Assembly (NCBI GenBank): GCA_900088475.1
Contig: FLMG01001021.1
Coordinates: 1-64,000 of the forward strand
Reading direction: 5' to 3'
Origin: Hyphochytrium catenoides
Lineage: Eukaryota; Protista; Hyphochytriomycota
DNA: 64,000 bases
Positions 35,700-47,916 of the stretch are shown one piece after another (the first letter of the stretch is position 1; every line of letters starts with the position of its first letter). The position numbers and the translations under genes are program-made. Below the pieces are notes generated by a model. The model did not search any database. It had not been told where the DNA came from and was given only the letters and a program-made list of their open reading frames with translations.

Positions 35700-36840
35700 A
35701 CGACCGAACATGACGGTTAGACTCTGGGGACGACTCTGTTGAACATCTACGTAATCGGTAGTAAGACTGACAGGGACGGAAGCAAAGCCACAGGCCCTCT
35801 TACTGGCAAGGGCATCGTTTTCCTGAGCAGCTTCACAGCAACCACAACTACAAGGCACAATAGTGATGTCTTGGCTCGTCCGTAGTAAGGACGAATTCAA
35901 AAGTAAGTGGCAAGGGAAAGAGGGCAAGGCATTGGTAATAAAGTGAGACAGATGAGAACGGACCCAAGAAACTTCTTCATGAATTGAGATAGGGCGGCAA
36001 TTGGCTTTTGAAAAGGGGCCGTCCCCTTTGAGCCGTCCAGGACAAGCAAATGGCAGAGGGTAGAAGATTGGGCAAAACGGTGACTTTCTAGATACTACTT
36101 CGTTCAAACGTGCAGCTATCAACCCCAACCCGGCCATTTGGTTACGGAGATAAGGCAAGCATCCTTACCTAAGAGATGAGGGATAGGCCACTCTTCTTCA
36201 AAGCAGTTGCCTCTACTACCACTACTACCACCATTCAACTAGCAGCAAGGATGGGCGCCTGCTGCCTGTCTGTCTTCTCCCTCCTCATATCCCTAGTCAA
36301 CCGCCCGTTGGAAAGGTCATTAACAGTTAACAAAGAGTAACAAAGGACCACCATCATCGCTGGCCCAACCTCTGGTGTCGCTTCGTAAGAGCAAAAGAGA
36401 GAGTTCTCATCCTCCCTTGACGACCTTCCGTACAAAGCGCTGTTCGAATCAGTCCTTCCTAGACGCAGGACGGCCTGCTGTGGTTGCTGCCTTCCTAAGA
36501 AATCGACACTGGACTGCTTCCTGAAGGATATCTTTGTGTTTGGAGGCAAGACTACTAAAGCCGTGTTTAATCTTCAAGCTTTTGCACACCCTAACCAATC
36601 CTACAGTAGGTTCCCACGGGATGCGTCCAAGGACTCTTTACCAGCGAAAATCAAGTCTGGGGCCTTGGGTTGGGCAGCTCTTGGACATCGTCTTTTGGGC
36701 TTTTTGAGACCCACGATTGAGCAACTGATGGAGAACGAGAGCACCGCTGACTTCACCTCCTGCCATTGCGATTTTCTGCATAGAGTATGGAGAACCAGAA
36801 GGGGCCTCGTCTCCCCCGCTGTGTGTGAGTTCCTCTAGCT
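35700..36840 (+). mobile_element. Possible decayed non-LTR (LINE) retrotransposon relic
   Basis: TVRL.G..TTLLNIYV (~35712-35755) resembles RT GVRQG..SP.LFNIY. LLG....FLHRVWRTRR (~36692-36802) resembles LINE ORF2 C-termini. Many stops. Confidence 0.25.
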
Positions 36841-37523
36841 GTGTTCTCTACTTACTAGGGGCCGACTAGGAACTAGCGTCCTCCTTTGCACAAAGAAGCG
36901 AGTGTTCCCCACAGAGCAGAGAGTGAGAATAACGATGCAGTAGTTTGATGCAATAGCTCTATAATAATCGTAGCTTGTTCCAGCCAACCCTTAGCCTTAC
37001 TACTCATTACCTGGAGCTGATGTCTCCTAGGAGGGCTTGCACGAAGGACACAGAGGCTTCTCGCTTGCCCTTGTGTGCACCTCAGGTAAAGGTAGAAACG
37101 AAGTGGGTGCTGTCAAATGCGGTTCAAAGTGCCGCCATACGCCTCAAGTTGGTCCAATGAAGAGAGTCGTGGTCTCCTGTCTGAGCAGTGAATAGTTAAT
37201 TAAGGTGCTGTCTTCCCACTGACGATACGATTGAGATCATCTCATAGACCATCATCTCGTCTTCAACAACAGAGACGCGATCTTCCTAGTTGTGCAGCTA
37301 GTTAGAGTCCACCTTGTAGACCTTATTTTTGATTGTCACGTTAGGTGGTGCTTATTCATGTCAATCATCCCTCTTTGGTACTTTCTCTCCTTGTCTCCTG
37401 CGCGCCGCACAGTTTGCTCATCATCCCCATATTTCGCGCTTATCGCATCACAAGCCGTCCATCTCTCTCGCTTGATCCTCTTCAAAAGAGCAAGATCAAC
37501 GACTAATTGGGAAACGTAACAGA

Positions 37524-38090
37524 ATGTCGAACTTGAGTGACCACGGTCCGACTGCGGCGGGGTCCCACCTTCATCCTACCTCATCGGCTTGCAGCCCTGG
37601 ACTACTGCCGCCGGCTAATCACGCTACTCTGCACTGTCAACAGGCCGGGGTTCCAACTCTTACCTCATCCGGGATCACAACCCATCCAAGCCTAGCTACT
37701 ACGGCGGAGCCGCTACCCGTGCCTTCTGGTGGCCCCATTGTTGGCTTCAACAGTGAGGCTATGTCATCGAGCACTGTGGGCGCTTTACTGGCCGTCATGA
37801 TCGTGCTTGTTTGCTTCGTTGCTATTGGCTTGACCTTTGTGCTGTTTCCTAAGCAAGCGGCTCGCTGCTGTGGAGAAATGGGCCATCGGGCGGGCAAGGG
37901 AGCACAAAGCTGGCGTATTTCTCGACTTTGTATATGCCAAAAGAGTCAGAAAGAAAGACAACAAAGGGAGGACGAGGAGCGCTGCGTTGTGCCGATAGCC
38001 GTTGCAGTCAATGACTCGGAGGCATTGCCCCAGATAGACGTGGTCGCGGTGGTGCCTTACATTGAGGAAACTAGTGAGTATGAAATCTAG
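37524..38090 (+). CDS. Single-pass membrane protein of unknown function
   Basis: 188 aa ATG ORF with an S/T/P-rich N-terminus, one strong TM segment (ALLAVMIVLVCFVAIGLTFVLF), juxtamembrane Cys residues and an acidic tail. Confidence 0.6.
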   Translation: MSNLSDHGPTAAGSHLHPTSSACSPGLLPPANHATLHCQQAGVPTLTSSGITTHPSLATTAEPLPVPSGGPIVGFNSEAMSSSTVGALLAVMIVLVCFVAIGLTFVLFPKQAARCCGEMGHRAGKGAQSWRISRLCICQKSQKERQQREDEERCVVPIAVAVNDSEALPQIDVVAVVPYIEETSEYEI

Positions 38091-38336
38091 AAGCAACGGG
38101 AATGAACCAGAGTGCCGGAATGAAGAGCAGTGAGGCAGACTTAGAGAAACCGAAGAAGCCGAGATACGGCATGATACGGACTAGACGAGGCGGAGAGCAT
38201 CAAGCGGACACAGTTGCTTCATAGTAGTGGGTTCAGGCGAGACGGCGCCTACAGTCTCACTAGCCAGTCCACTTCGCACGGTCTAAGGATTCGCACATTT
38301 CTACCGCTGGAGTAGAAAGTCACGTTCACTGATGTT

Positions 38337-38392
38337 GAGAGCAACGGACCCGCGAATAGGGCAATATAGAGAGAGCAACGGACCCGCGAATA
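38337..38392. repeat. Exact 22-bp direct repeat, period 34
   Basis: GAGAGCAACGGACCCGCGAATA at 38337-38358 and 38371-38392. Confidence 0.9.
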
Positions 38393-38638
38393 AGGAGAAA
38401 AATTTGGCAATCATGATAGAAGAGAAGGAAGGTCAACATCTATCGATGCCTCAAGGCAACGGCGGGAGCGCTCTTATTATCATGGCGTTCGAAATCCAGC
38501 TACGAATCCTAGGATAGGAGAGCCCTACCTTGCAAACGAAAGGGAGTGAACAACAGCAACCGCGAGGGGTAGCCTTCGTGGCCATTTCGCCCCAAGACTG
38601 CTCTTCAATGTTATCACAGCTAACCCGTCTGGTCTTGC

Positions 38639-40435
38639 CTAGTCTTCATCGCTGTCATCGTAGTCACGGAACCTATTCACTGTATCTTTCCCAGATCTAT
38701 GCCGTTTTGACCGTGGATCTTCCTCCAGGTCTGACTCTACCACTCTTTTCTTTGCCAAAAACCATTCAAGATCTGAGAGAGAGCGAGAAGGCAGTAATAA
38801 GAAGGTGAGCTCGATACGAGGGGTCCACAGCACTGGGGAGACCTCGCGGGTAGGCAAAGTAGGCATGCTCCAGGCAGAAGTCCCGCCAAAAGCAGTACAT
38901 AGGAAGTCAGACAGTCAAACCAGAGCAGTGATAGAGATGGTTAAAGAGTGAGAAGTGATGAAGGAAGTTGAGGGCACCAACATAGGCAAAAATATTCGCG
39001 AGAGCCGACAGGCATCAATTAATATGCAGAAACTTATCAGTTGCAGAAATTTAACAGTTGTACTTCACCTTCCGGTCCCATGCTCCTTCCTCCAACCTCT
39101 TTCAATCCCAGCAACTGTGTCTTCAAATCTCCTTCATGATAGATGAAAAGGGTAGGGAGATTTCTGTCTGGCCAGTTTTCTATAGCGCTCGTGGAGACGA
39201 TCTTCACTATTTTCAGGTCTCTGAACTTCTTAGCCACAGATCTGAGAGCCTCCTCTAGGATGTCACATTCCTGAATACCGGGTTTAAAGAGAAAGGCGAC
39301 AACCCAGCTCTGATGACTTGCTTCGGTAACCTCTTTCACCCATTCGTCCTTTGTTATAGGATATACATCCCCAAATCTGCTACGCAGTGCCTTCTCTCTC
39401 ATCTCAGCCAGTCTCTTCTCCCTATGGAAGACAAAGGACAAGGTGAGACCAGGCACACTGTTCAATCTCTCGCCCAGGGATGATTATGAGAACACCTTAT
39501 CCATATTAGGCTAAGATTGGGGCATAGGCATTTCCCAGAAGCATCGAAAGGGTTGCAGGAGGAAGCAAGCGGAAGGCTCGTCAAGAACTGGCGACTGAGA
39601 AGCTGTTCACGATCCCGTCACAGACCAGGACGGGTGCGATGGTCGAACATGATGATTCTAGAAAGAAGGAAGAAGGGCTGCAACTTCCAAACTACGTCAT
39701 GCCAGGGACGCTACGAGAAAAAGCTAACGAAGTGAGTCCTTAGCAAGCTCCTACCGGTACATTTGCAAGAGTTTGTCATCATCTAACCCTTCGTCATCCT
39801 GCAGGAACAAAAGGACTTCATTAAATCTATCACAAGGGAAGAGTAAAAGACCTTAGAATACCTCCAGGGCAAGAGCCTTCTATGAGAAAAAAAAGAGTAC
39901 AGGTGCGGCTGGAGAAAAGCAAGATAAAATGCGGTCTTCAAAATAGCAGAAAAAAGAGAAGGCAGGGAGAGATTACCGCCCCGAGAGGAGACCAAACAGC
40001 CAGAATGAGCTGATGAGCGGGACGATAGCAATAGATAATGACGAAAGGATGTTGTGCTATACCTCAAGCTCGTCCAACTCCTCCAGTGAAGCTTGAGCAA
40101 GTTTCTCTTCTACCGTGGGGGGCTCGGGATACTCCTCTTCTTCGACTTGGGCAGGCTGCGGGAGGGGTCACCATGCAGATTGCCGATACAAAGGCGATTA
40201 GCAGGCGTTCCAAGCCCAGTAAATAGTAAAAATCGGGAAACAGAGGGTAAAAAGGAGAAAGGATAAACGCGAAAGGTAAGCCAGGGCGATGAAGAGCTAC
40301 AGTCCACATCGGAATAGCCGTCATCCGTGCGCTTACCTTCGGTCTGGGCGCTATAATCCCCTTCTTGACTAGAATGTCCTCCCATTCAGTTGTCTCTCCC
40401 GTGGGCGCATAGTACCTCTGTCCCCTGTCTCCCAT
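38639..40435 (-). CDS. PDCL3: Phosducin-like protein 3 (Plp2/VIAF1 type), multi-exon
   Basis: ETTEWEDILVKKGIIAPRP; ELDELE; REKRLAEMR...FGDVYPITKDEWVKEVTEAS; KIVKIVSTSAIENWPDRNLPTLFIY; DLEWFLA...ESDLEEDPR. Confidence 0.92.
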
Positions 40436-41165
40436 CACTCCACAGTGCCACACTTTTGGCTTGCCTATCTAGTCAACTTTAGCTACCTAGCCCCAGTTCT
40501 TTTAAAGGTACCCTGCGTTTAGCCCTGCTCAACCACTGCTTCCTAAGCTTTCTTACTCCAACAACTGCGTGGCTCAAAATCGACTCTTGCTTCTAGCTTC
40601 TCTATCTGTTGGAAACGCACTCTGCTCGTCTTCTCGACTCCAAAAGCTAACAGCCAATCTATCGGCCTCCATAAGTATCAATCTTCGCCTCTATCCCCTG
40701 CAAGTGGTAGTAGCAGGCAGCTCTGCTGCTCACATCATCAGAATCTATCCTCTAATCGGCACTGACAGCATAGACAGAGCAATGGGTAATATGGGTAACA
40801 ACCAGCGAGTACTCCAGATGTATGGCGCAGAGTATGGTCAGACATCGACCCATAATCCATTAGTTCACAATGACCCGACCGTACGGGCGCCACAATCGAT
40901 GAATTGAGCTCTTCTTGAGTAAACCCAGATAACCTGGTGGACTTTTCCCGCCAAACCAACGACCACGAAGTTTCTGCACTACGAAATAATAGGAGAAGTG
41001 AAGATCTTTCGCCGCGTCTCATTGCTGTCTGCTGGAAGAAGCATTTCTGAAGCTTTCTGTTCCGGAGCTGAAGCTGTGCTGAGGGTTCTCAGGGTCGATG
41101 GCCAGAGACAGCCCTCTTCGAACTGCTTACTTTTCTCTTGGAAGAGGCACTGGGAAGACAACAGC

Positions 41166-42665
41166 ATGATGATGAGTGTGGGATGGAAGGATTGGTGCGA
41201 TGGCCGTGTCAAGGGCTTTTTTAATGTTCACCCGCATGAAATATCGGCAGAAACGACAATAGAGAGTCTCGAGCTTCTACTATTGGAGAAAGCTAAGATC
41301 AGTCTTGACAGGGGTGTCTTTCTTCAAAAAGGCCACTTAAAGCTTAATGGCTCAGCCTTGGACCGCGATGCCAAGGTGCAGTCTTTTCTCCCGTTCTTTA
41401 CGGCACCATACCCAAGATTCAGCATCACTCTAAGAAAGGAGCCGAATGGAGGCATAGTTAAGGTCAGAGTGCCCGACGGTCAAGTGCTTACTCTTGTTCT
41501 CTCATCTCTGGAGGTGTCATACATAAAGCAAGAGCTCCGCTCTCGTGGACAGGTTCCCAAGTCGCACCAACGGCTCACCCATGATGGGCGGGAACTTGAT
41601 AAGGGCAGTTTGCACGACTATGGGTTAGCAGGTGACACTGTGACTCTGGTTTTGGAAGTCAAGGAGCCTACCAACCGGCAAGACAAGGAGATTCAGATCC
41701 AGGTCAAGACGCTGATAGGAAAGACCTTAACCCTACCTCGAATCCATTCTATGGACTCTGTTTCGAGGATCAAGGACTTTATCGCGTCTCAAGAGGGTAT
41801 TCCTGCGGACCAGCAGCGTTTAATATATGAGGGCCGGCATCTTGAAGATTGGAAGCTGTTGAAGGACTATCAGATTAGGGAAGGGTCGATCGTGATGATG
41901 GTCTTGCGGTTACGGGGAGGAGGGGGTGGTTTTCCCTTCGCTGATGTCACAAGCTCCTCGCACATTACCATCAACTGGTTTTCAGGCTCTGCGCCAGAGT
42001 GGAGACGTTGTGACCGGGGACTGAACCTTGAAGGGCTCTGTCGGCGCAAGGGCTGCAAAGCGTTTGGGAGTATGGTGATCTCTCCACAGGGCTACACAGC
42101 CTTTAACGTTGTAAAGCAGGAAGTAACCTGTCCAATCTGCAAAGATCCCATTCAACCTGTGACGTGCGGCTTCTACGACTGTCTATGGCGCTTTGAGGGG
42201 ATAAAGACAGGCACCACCTATCACCTCAGTGGCACTCTTACCGAGGCTCTGGGAGAGAGATACCATCGTGTATCCTCCGATCTAGACAATATGGTGGGTT
42301 GGGATGACCTGGTAATTAGTGCTCAGCAATCTGCAAAGGAAGGATTCTGTGTCATCTGTCAAAACAGCTTTTATGGGAGGGATGAGACGATGTTGACGGA
42401 GTGCGGTCATCCTTTCCATTGCGTCTGCTTTGAAGCCTGGAGAGATATTCGACAGAAGCAGCAGACAACGGTATGCTGCCCCCAGTGTAGAGGCACCGTA
42501 AGTTCTACCTCGCCTTCTAAGTGCGCCCAGAAGGTATGCCCGACCGAAAAACAGCTTCCTTTCCAGCCTCAAGAAGAGCCTGCAAAGGGAGATCTGAAGC
42601 GGAGCACTCCGTTGCCGGAGGTACCCCAAAAAAACAAGAAAACCCGACTTACTACCAAAGCATGA
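41166..42665 (+). CDS. Intronless polyprotein: 2-3 ubiquitin-like units (last ends LRLRGG), Cys-rich domain, RING-H2 finger, basic NLS-like tail
   Basis: Ubiquitin-like unit at 41691-41921; APEWR...GLNLEGLC..C...CPIC...TCGF.DC.WRFEG; CVIC...CGHPFHCVC...CPQCR; PQKNKKTRL. First in-frame ATG at 41166. Confidence 0.88.
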   Translation: MMMSVGWKDWCDGRVKGFFNVHPHEISAETTIESLELLLLEKAKISLDRGVFLQKGHLKLNGSALDRDAKVQSFLPFFTAPYPRFSITLRKEPNGGIVKVRVPDGQVLTLVLSSLEVSYIKQELRSRGQVPKSHQRLTHDGRELDKGSLHDYGLAGDTVTLVLEVKEPTNRQDKEIQIQVKTLIGKTLTLPRIHSMDSVSRIKDFIASQEGIPADQQRLIYEGRHLEDWKLLKDYQIREGSIVMMVLRLRGGGGGFPFADVTSSSHITINWFSGSAPEWRRCDRGLNLEGLCRRKGCKAFGSMVISPQGYTAFNVVKQEVTCPICKDPIQPVTCGFYDCLWRFEGIKTGTTYHLSGTLTEALGERYHRVSSDLDNMVGWDDLVISAQQSAKEGFCVICQNSFYGRDETMLTECGHPFHCVCFEAWRDIRQKQQTTVCCPQCRGTVSSTSPSKCAQKVCPTEKQLPFQPQEEPAKGDLKRSTPLPEVPQKNKKTRLTTKA

Positions 42666-43062
42666 TTGGGTCATGGCAATCCTTAACTTCTTCCATAAAC
42701 GATATGAGTCTTCAAGGGCTCTACCTCTAATAATGAGAGATCACTGTCAGGGAGTATTACGATCAGCTTTGCTTCCACTCAGACTGCCGCAAGGATTTCG
42801 GCTGCCTTAAACTACGTTCGCCGTTCGCTAAAATGTAAATTTAGCTAACAAAGTCTATCCGTCCAACATTGGCTTGAGAAGGAGGGATAAGGGATACAGC
42901 AAATGATCGATGTCTCTTAATAAGGGTTTATGGCAGATGGGTTATTGGGCTCAAAGGAGGTCTCTATGGGCGAGAGTATAGGCGAATGCGTGGCAAAGGG
43001 CTAAGCAGAGAGAAATGGGACTTTGAGCTATGTCTAATGAAACGTATTGTAGCGGAATCCTT

Positions 43063-46000
43063 CTAGTCTTGCCCTTCAACCATTGTTCCATGGACTCTGA
43101 AGCGGTATAGACACGTGAAGTCCGGATGGCCATGATTGCTATGGACCTGCAGCATGACGTGGCGGAAGGTTTGCTCCGTCTTGAAGAGACCATAAGGAAA
43201 GAAGAAAATGTCTTCGTCAGATTGGTGTGAGAAGCCCTACATTTAAACGGGTACCTTAGGTAGCGAAAAGGTCTGTATGGATGGTCCGTCCGCAGAGAAG
43301 GTAAAGTTTCCAAAGTGAACTCTCTCTATAGCTGGGCTTACTGTGGGATCGACGGCAATACCCTGTGAGAGTTATCCAAGTTAATAGCTGGAGGCTGTTT
43401 GTCAACGACGAGAACGGAGAGGAAAGGTGGACCACATCAACCAAACACATGCGTAGGGCCACAAGTAGCGCAGAGCAATCCCAGTCAGGCTGAAAATAAG
43501 GAATACCATATAGAGCGCGGGCGAATACTCTTCTACGTAAGAGTTGAACTCACGTACGGGCAGCTGAGAACAGAATTTTTAAATAGGCAAAAGAGGAAAT
43601 TCAAAAATGCAATAGTGCCAAGAGGGAGAACAGATGAGACATATTAAGTTGCACGGAAGAAGTCCGGTGCAATTTGCGCACGCGCGGTGGGCCCAGCACT
43701 TACATAGACGCTGAAGTCCTTCGGTGCAGAATTGACGTTGACAGCCACCGCACTCGACACGTGGTCAATTGTTACAGAGTCAGGCACAATGCGCCGTGAA
43801 AGCCGGACAGTCAGTTGGCCCTGCCCACCGGTGAACGCCCAGCAGCTGCCCATAGCCGTTCCGGGCTGAATATGTGGAAAATTAAGGCACGTGTCGAATA
43901 AGAAAGAAGGCCAGCAAAGCGAGAGGAAAATTGTCAGTTATAGATAAACGTAGATAATGGCGCGGAAACGTTCGAAATCTCACGCCCCGGAAGCGGCAAA
44001 GTGCAGATTGTGGCTGGATATTGTTCTATGCTTCCTTTACCGTTAGTGCTATCTCGGGTCCATAGCCAGGCCTTGTAACTCCAACTTTGTTCATTAATCG
44101 GCACCACAAATTCACACTCTTTGGCGTCATCGTGGAGCTCGTCAGCTTGCTACCACCGGAGAGAGGCACGAGAAAGAGTGGCGATAGCCACGAAGAGGAT
44201 GTACTCTTTGGCAGAAGCTCCCTGGACGGATGGTACATAATAGGGGGCGACAGGGACTTTAGGAGGCGGCAACCCAGAAAATGGACTCCTTATCTAGAAG
44301 GTTGTCCTCCGCATCCTCATCTTCAGACACAGTTGGATGAAATGCCAGCTCCTCAGGTACTATCAAGGCACTCACCTTTCTTCATGAACAACTTGCGCAC
44401 CGCCTGGAATGGTAGCAAAGTCTACCCGTGCAAGATCGTCTGCGGAATACCTACAGAATTTTATTAGGCGACCATGGCACACATAAGGTATCAGACAACA
44501 CCTCTAAAATGAGAGATGAAAGGACAGTAACGTCAGGGTTCGAGGAAGGCGATCCCAGCATCAATTCCACGAGGCATGATGACGAACAAATGTCACTTGG
44601 TCAGAACTCAAAATGGTTGGCGAGCATCTTCTTACTTTTCCAGCGCTTCGTTAACAATCTGCCGCACCTCCTTCTGCGTGACACCCATAGGAACTCCCTC
44701 AACATCCAGAGCGTTCGAATATTTCTGGATGGCATCCGACACCGCTTGCTGCAGCTTTTCATCTGTCGACCCGTCAACGACAAGGACGAATCATGAAAAT
44801 GGATTTAGACAGGAGATACTAAAAGAGAGCGACATAACAGAAAAGGAGACTACCATCAAGCGCCAAGGCCGATGCAGACTGCCACTGCTCTTTGATCTTC
44901 TCCAGATTGTTCTTGAGCTCTTCCACATTGGAGCTTGTGAGCCTCAGCTCCTGAAAAAGGGGTAAGAGAAGTACAGCATCAGCGACACAGAACGAACCAA
45001 AATCCTGGTAGTCGTAGTTGCGAATATTGAGGCGAATGAACAGACATTTAAGGATTGCTCTTGGCGTTGAAGGGCTTCTTGAACTGCCACTAGCTTCTCG
45101 TTGAACTTTTGTCCATCACCAGTCTCTCCTGCTGCTTGGTTGGCAAGACTGTCTAACCTCTCTTCGAGAGCTTCCTGCAGGACAACGCGGTAGCACGTTA
45201 CTGAACAATGGTAGAACCCAATACAGAACAAGGAAGACAGCGGGCGGCTCCCCAATGCCTCCGGGAGTAAAGTCAAGTGGTACCGTTAAGTGAACCTCGA
45301 AGAGCAGAGGTTAACAAGCCCTCAGTAGAAGCTAACATACGGCAGGAACGGCAATCTCTCTGTAAAGAAGACGAACCTGCAGAGAGTGGATGGTCTCTTG
45401 CTGAGCTCGAAGTAGCCGCCGTGCTTCTTCATCAACCACACTAGCAATGGGAGAGCTCCCGCTGGAAGAATCTCCCTGCACTTCAACTTCCTTTTTGAAT
45501 TCGACCACCATTTGATCAAGTTCGTCCCTGAGGGAGTGGAGCTGCTCCATTTGCTTACTGCTTGACAAAGACAAGGACTCAAACCTAGGTGGGTGGGTTT
45601 TGTTACCAGTGGTGTCGTTACGTGCACTTCAATTTTCTAGGTGAGTCCAATTCCAGGCATGAATGGCTAGTGCATATAGAAGGCATGGGGACTAGGGAAT
45701 ACGACAGAGGTCGCTGACCAGCAAGTACGGTGAAGCCAGAGCAACAGCGCGCTAGAAGGAACCCTAGTCGGGTACCAACATAATGCTCACAAAGACCAAG
45801 AGAAAACTAGGTTAGACCTGTCTGAAAGCTTGCGATAGTAGTGCTCCAACGTCTCAGATGTCTCTTCCTGCTTGGAGGTGATCTGCCTGATATCCTCGAC
45901 CTTTTCTTCTATCACTTTCTCAGCCTTCAGCCACTGTTCGTTGGTAGCCTCTTTCAGCTCTTGCACTCGTTCTTCTAGCACCGCCTCTACCTCTCTGAGG

Positions 46001-47916
46001 AGAGGAGACGCACGGTCCTGGATTTTTCCTTCCAGTCTCTCCTCAACCTTCTCCATCCTTTCCTCTAGCTTTTCCTCTATCTTCCCCTCTATCCTCTCAT
46101 CAATTTTCTCTTCGACAGTGTGGATCTTGCCAACTACAATGTGTTCTACTTCTCTTAGCAAAATTGAACCGTCCATAGGTGGCATGGAAGGCCTGCGTGG
46201 GGACTCAGGACTCTGACGAAGGAGGCGGGAGAGATATTAGAGTCCATGTTATGTCCAGTGATATACAAGTCACGCCACTCTGGTGAGTTGCGGCCAAGAA
46301 CTTATGTAGCCCGTAAAGTACGTAGCCAAGGTCAGATAGCAAAGACGACCGTAAATGAAAGGTTGAGATGTTGAGGATCCTCAAAAAAATCGTAGCAAAC
46401 TCTCCTCATCGAGTCAGAGAGCAAGGGAGATGACAAATTAGAGGGGATCAGGTAAAGCGCCGTTACATCTATACTCTGCTGAATGACCTAGTACTCAAAG
46501 ATTGCCTCACCTTGTAGATATGGTCCACCAGCTCACTGGTGACGTGATACATAAGGGCGAGGAGCGGCACAGCCACAAGCACAACCTGCAGAAACCGATA
46601 CTTTTCCAATATGGACTGGATTCCGGTTTGCCGTTATGTAGGTAAGGAGGGTGGAGGGATGTGAATCAGTAGATGACAAAGTCGGTCATAGGAAAGAAGC
46701 TTCGCCCTACATAGGAACGCGCTATATACGGATCTCGGAGAAAAGCTACTCATCGCAACAATTCTGCCCTGTAAACCGCAGACCCTGCGCGATCTCTACT
46801 AGATAGCAAATAGAGTGCAGATGGGGGAAGTGCCGCGAAGTACCCACTCAATCCTTACCATAGGCGATCTTCGTCTCCTCCGTACAACTAATAATTGGAA
46901 TGGGTAGATAGATAGCAGTACATAATAGGAAGGTAAGGAAAAAATAGAAAGTGAGTCCGCAACCTTAACATATTGGGATCTCTCCCTTCGAGTTACTTCC
47001 GTCTCATTCTTCTTTATCCCCGATTTCTGGCGTCACCTTTACATTTGAACTTTCTTCTTACTCTAGAGTCCTTACCTCGAGGCTTTGTCTCAGAAGGAGG
47101 CGTTAGCTTTAGCTCCTCCCCTGTTAACCTGCCGAAGAAACCTCGATACTCTTTAAAGCCAGAGCTGGATGAAGAATACGCTGGAGAAGGGGCCGTAGTT
47201 CGAGGTCCAGTTACACTGTGTCTTGAAGAGGAGGCCTGAACTTCTTCTCTACCCTGCGCCTTTCGTGTCTCATCCTCTGAGGTTTCCGCTGTATACTCAG
47301 GCTCACGGCGGGAAGTAGAGGTGCTGGTTTGGGCTTTTCTTAGCTTCGGAGTTATTATGCGAGAGGAATCCTGTAAAACGATCGTCAGGCCCCTGCTTGA
47401 CTCTAGTGTCATAGTGATGACATCAAAAGAGAGAAAGGAGAAAGAAATCGAGAAGGATGGAAGGAGAGATGGCCAGCCGTCCCAGGGTGACATTTCATCG
47501 ATCCCCAAGATTTGTCATTCTTCCCCATTGCGTCACTTCTTTACTTCTCCCTTTCCAGCTATAGCCGCATCTGTCAACTCTATCTCACTCTCTCTCTCTC
47601 TCTCTCTCTTCAATGTAGTTTCTGTCTCACAACCCCCTTGTCTCCTTCTCTCTGTCAAATATTATACCTGATCTTCTTGATCTTCTTGCTCTTCGGGTTG
47701 CTCATCATCAGTGTAAAGAGTGGAAACAGCGGTAGACGCTGCTCTGCCTGTGCCTCCCCTCACCGTCCGCCGCCTTACCTCCGAAGTGCTTTCATTTCCT
47801 TCTTCAGGAGCGGGAGTCGTTTTCGCGACCCTTCTTCGCCGAGGAAGCGAGAGAGACGCAGAGTCTGATTCCGGAGGAAGGTTGGACTTTCTTCGGCTTG
47901 TACGGCGTGTCGACAT
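43063..47916 (-). CDS. SUN-domain (Sad1/UNC-84) nuclear envelope protein, multi-exon
   Basis: Basic/low-complexity N-terminus, coiled-coil exons, and C-terminal PGTAMGSCWAFTG..GQLTVRL..IVPDSVTIDHV..SAPKDFSVY and SNHGHPDFTCLYRFRVHG. Confidence 0.92.

Noticed and set aside
38337-38392. CRISPR-like repeat-spacer-repeat
   Set aside because: Only two copies with a 12-bp spacer, in a eukaryotic context with no cas genes; a simple local duplication.
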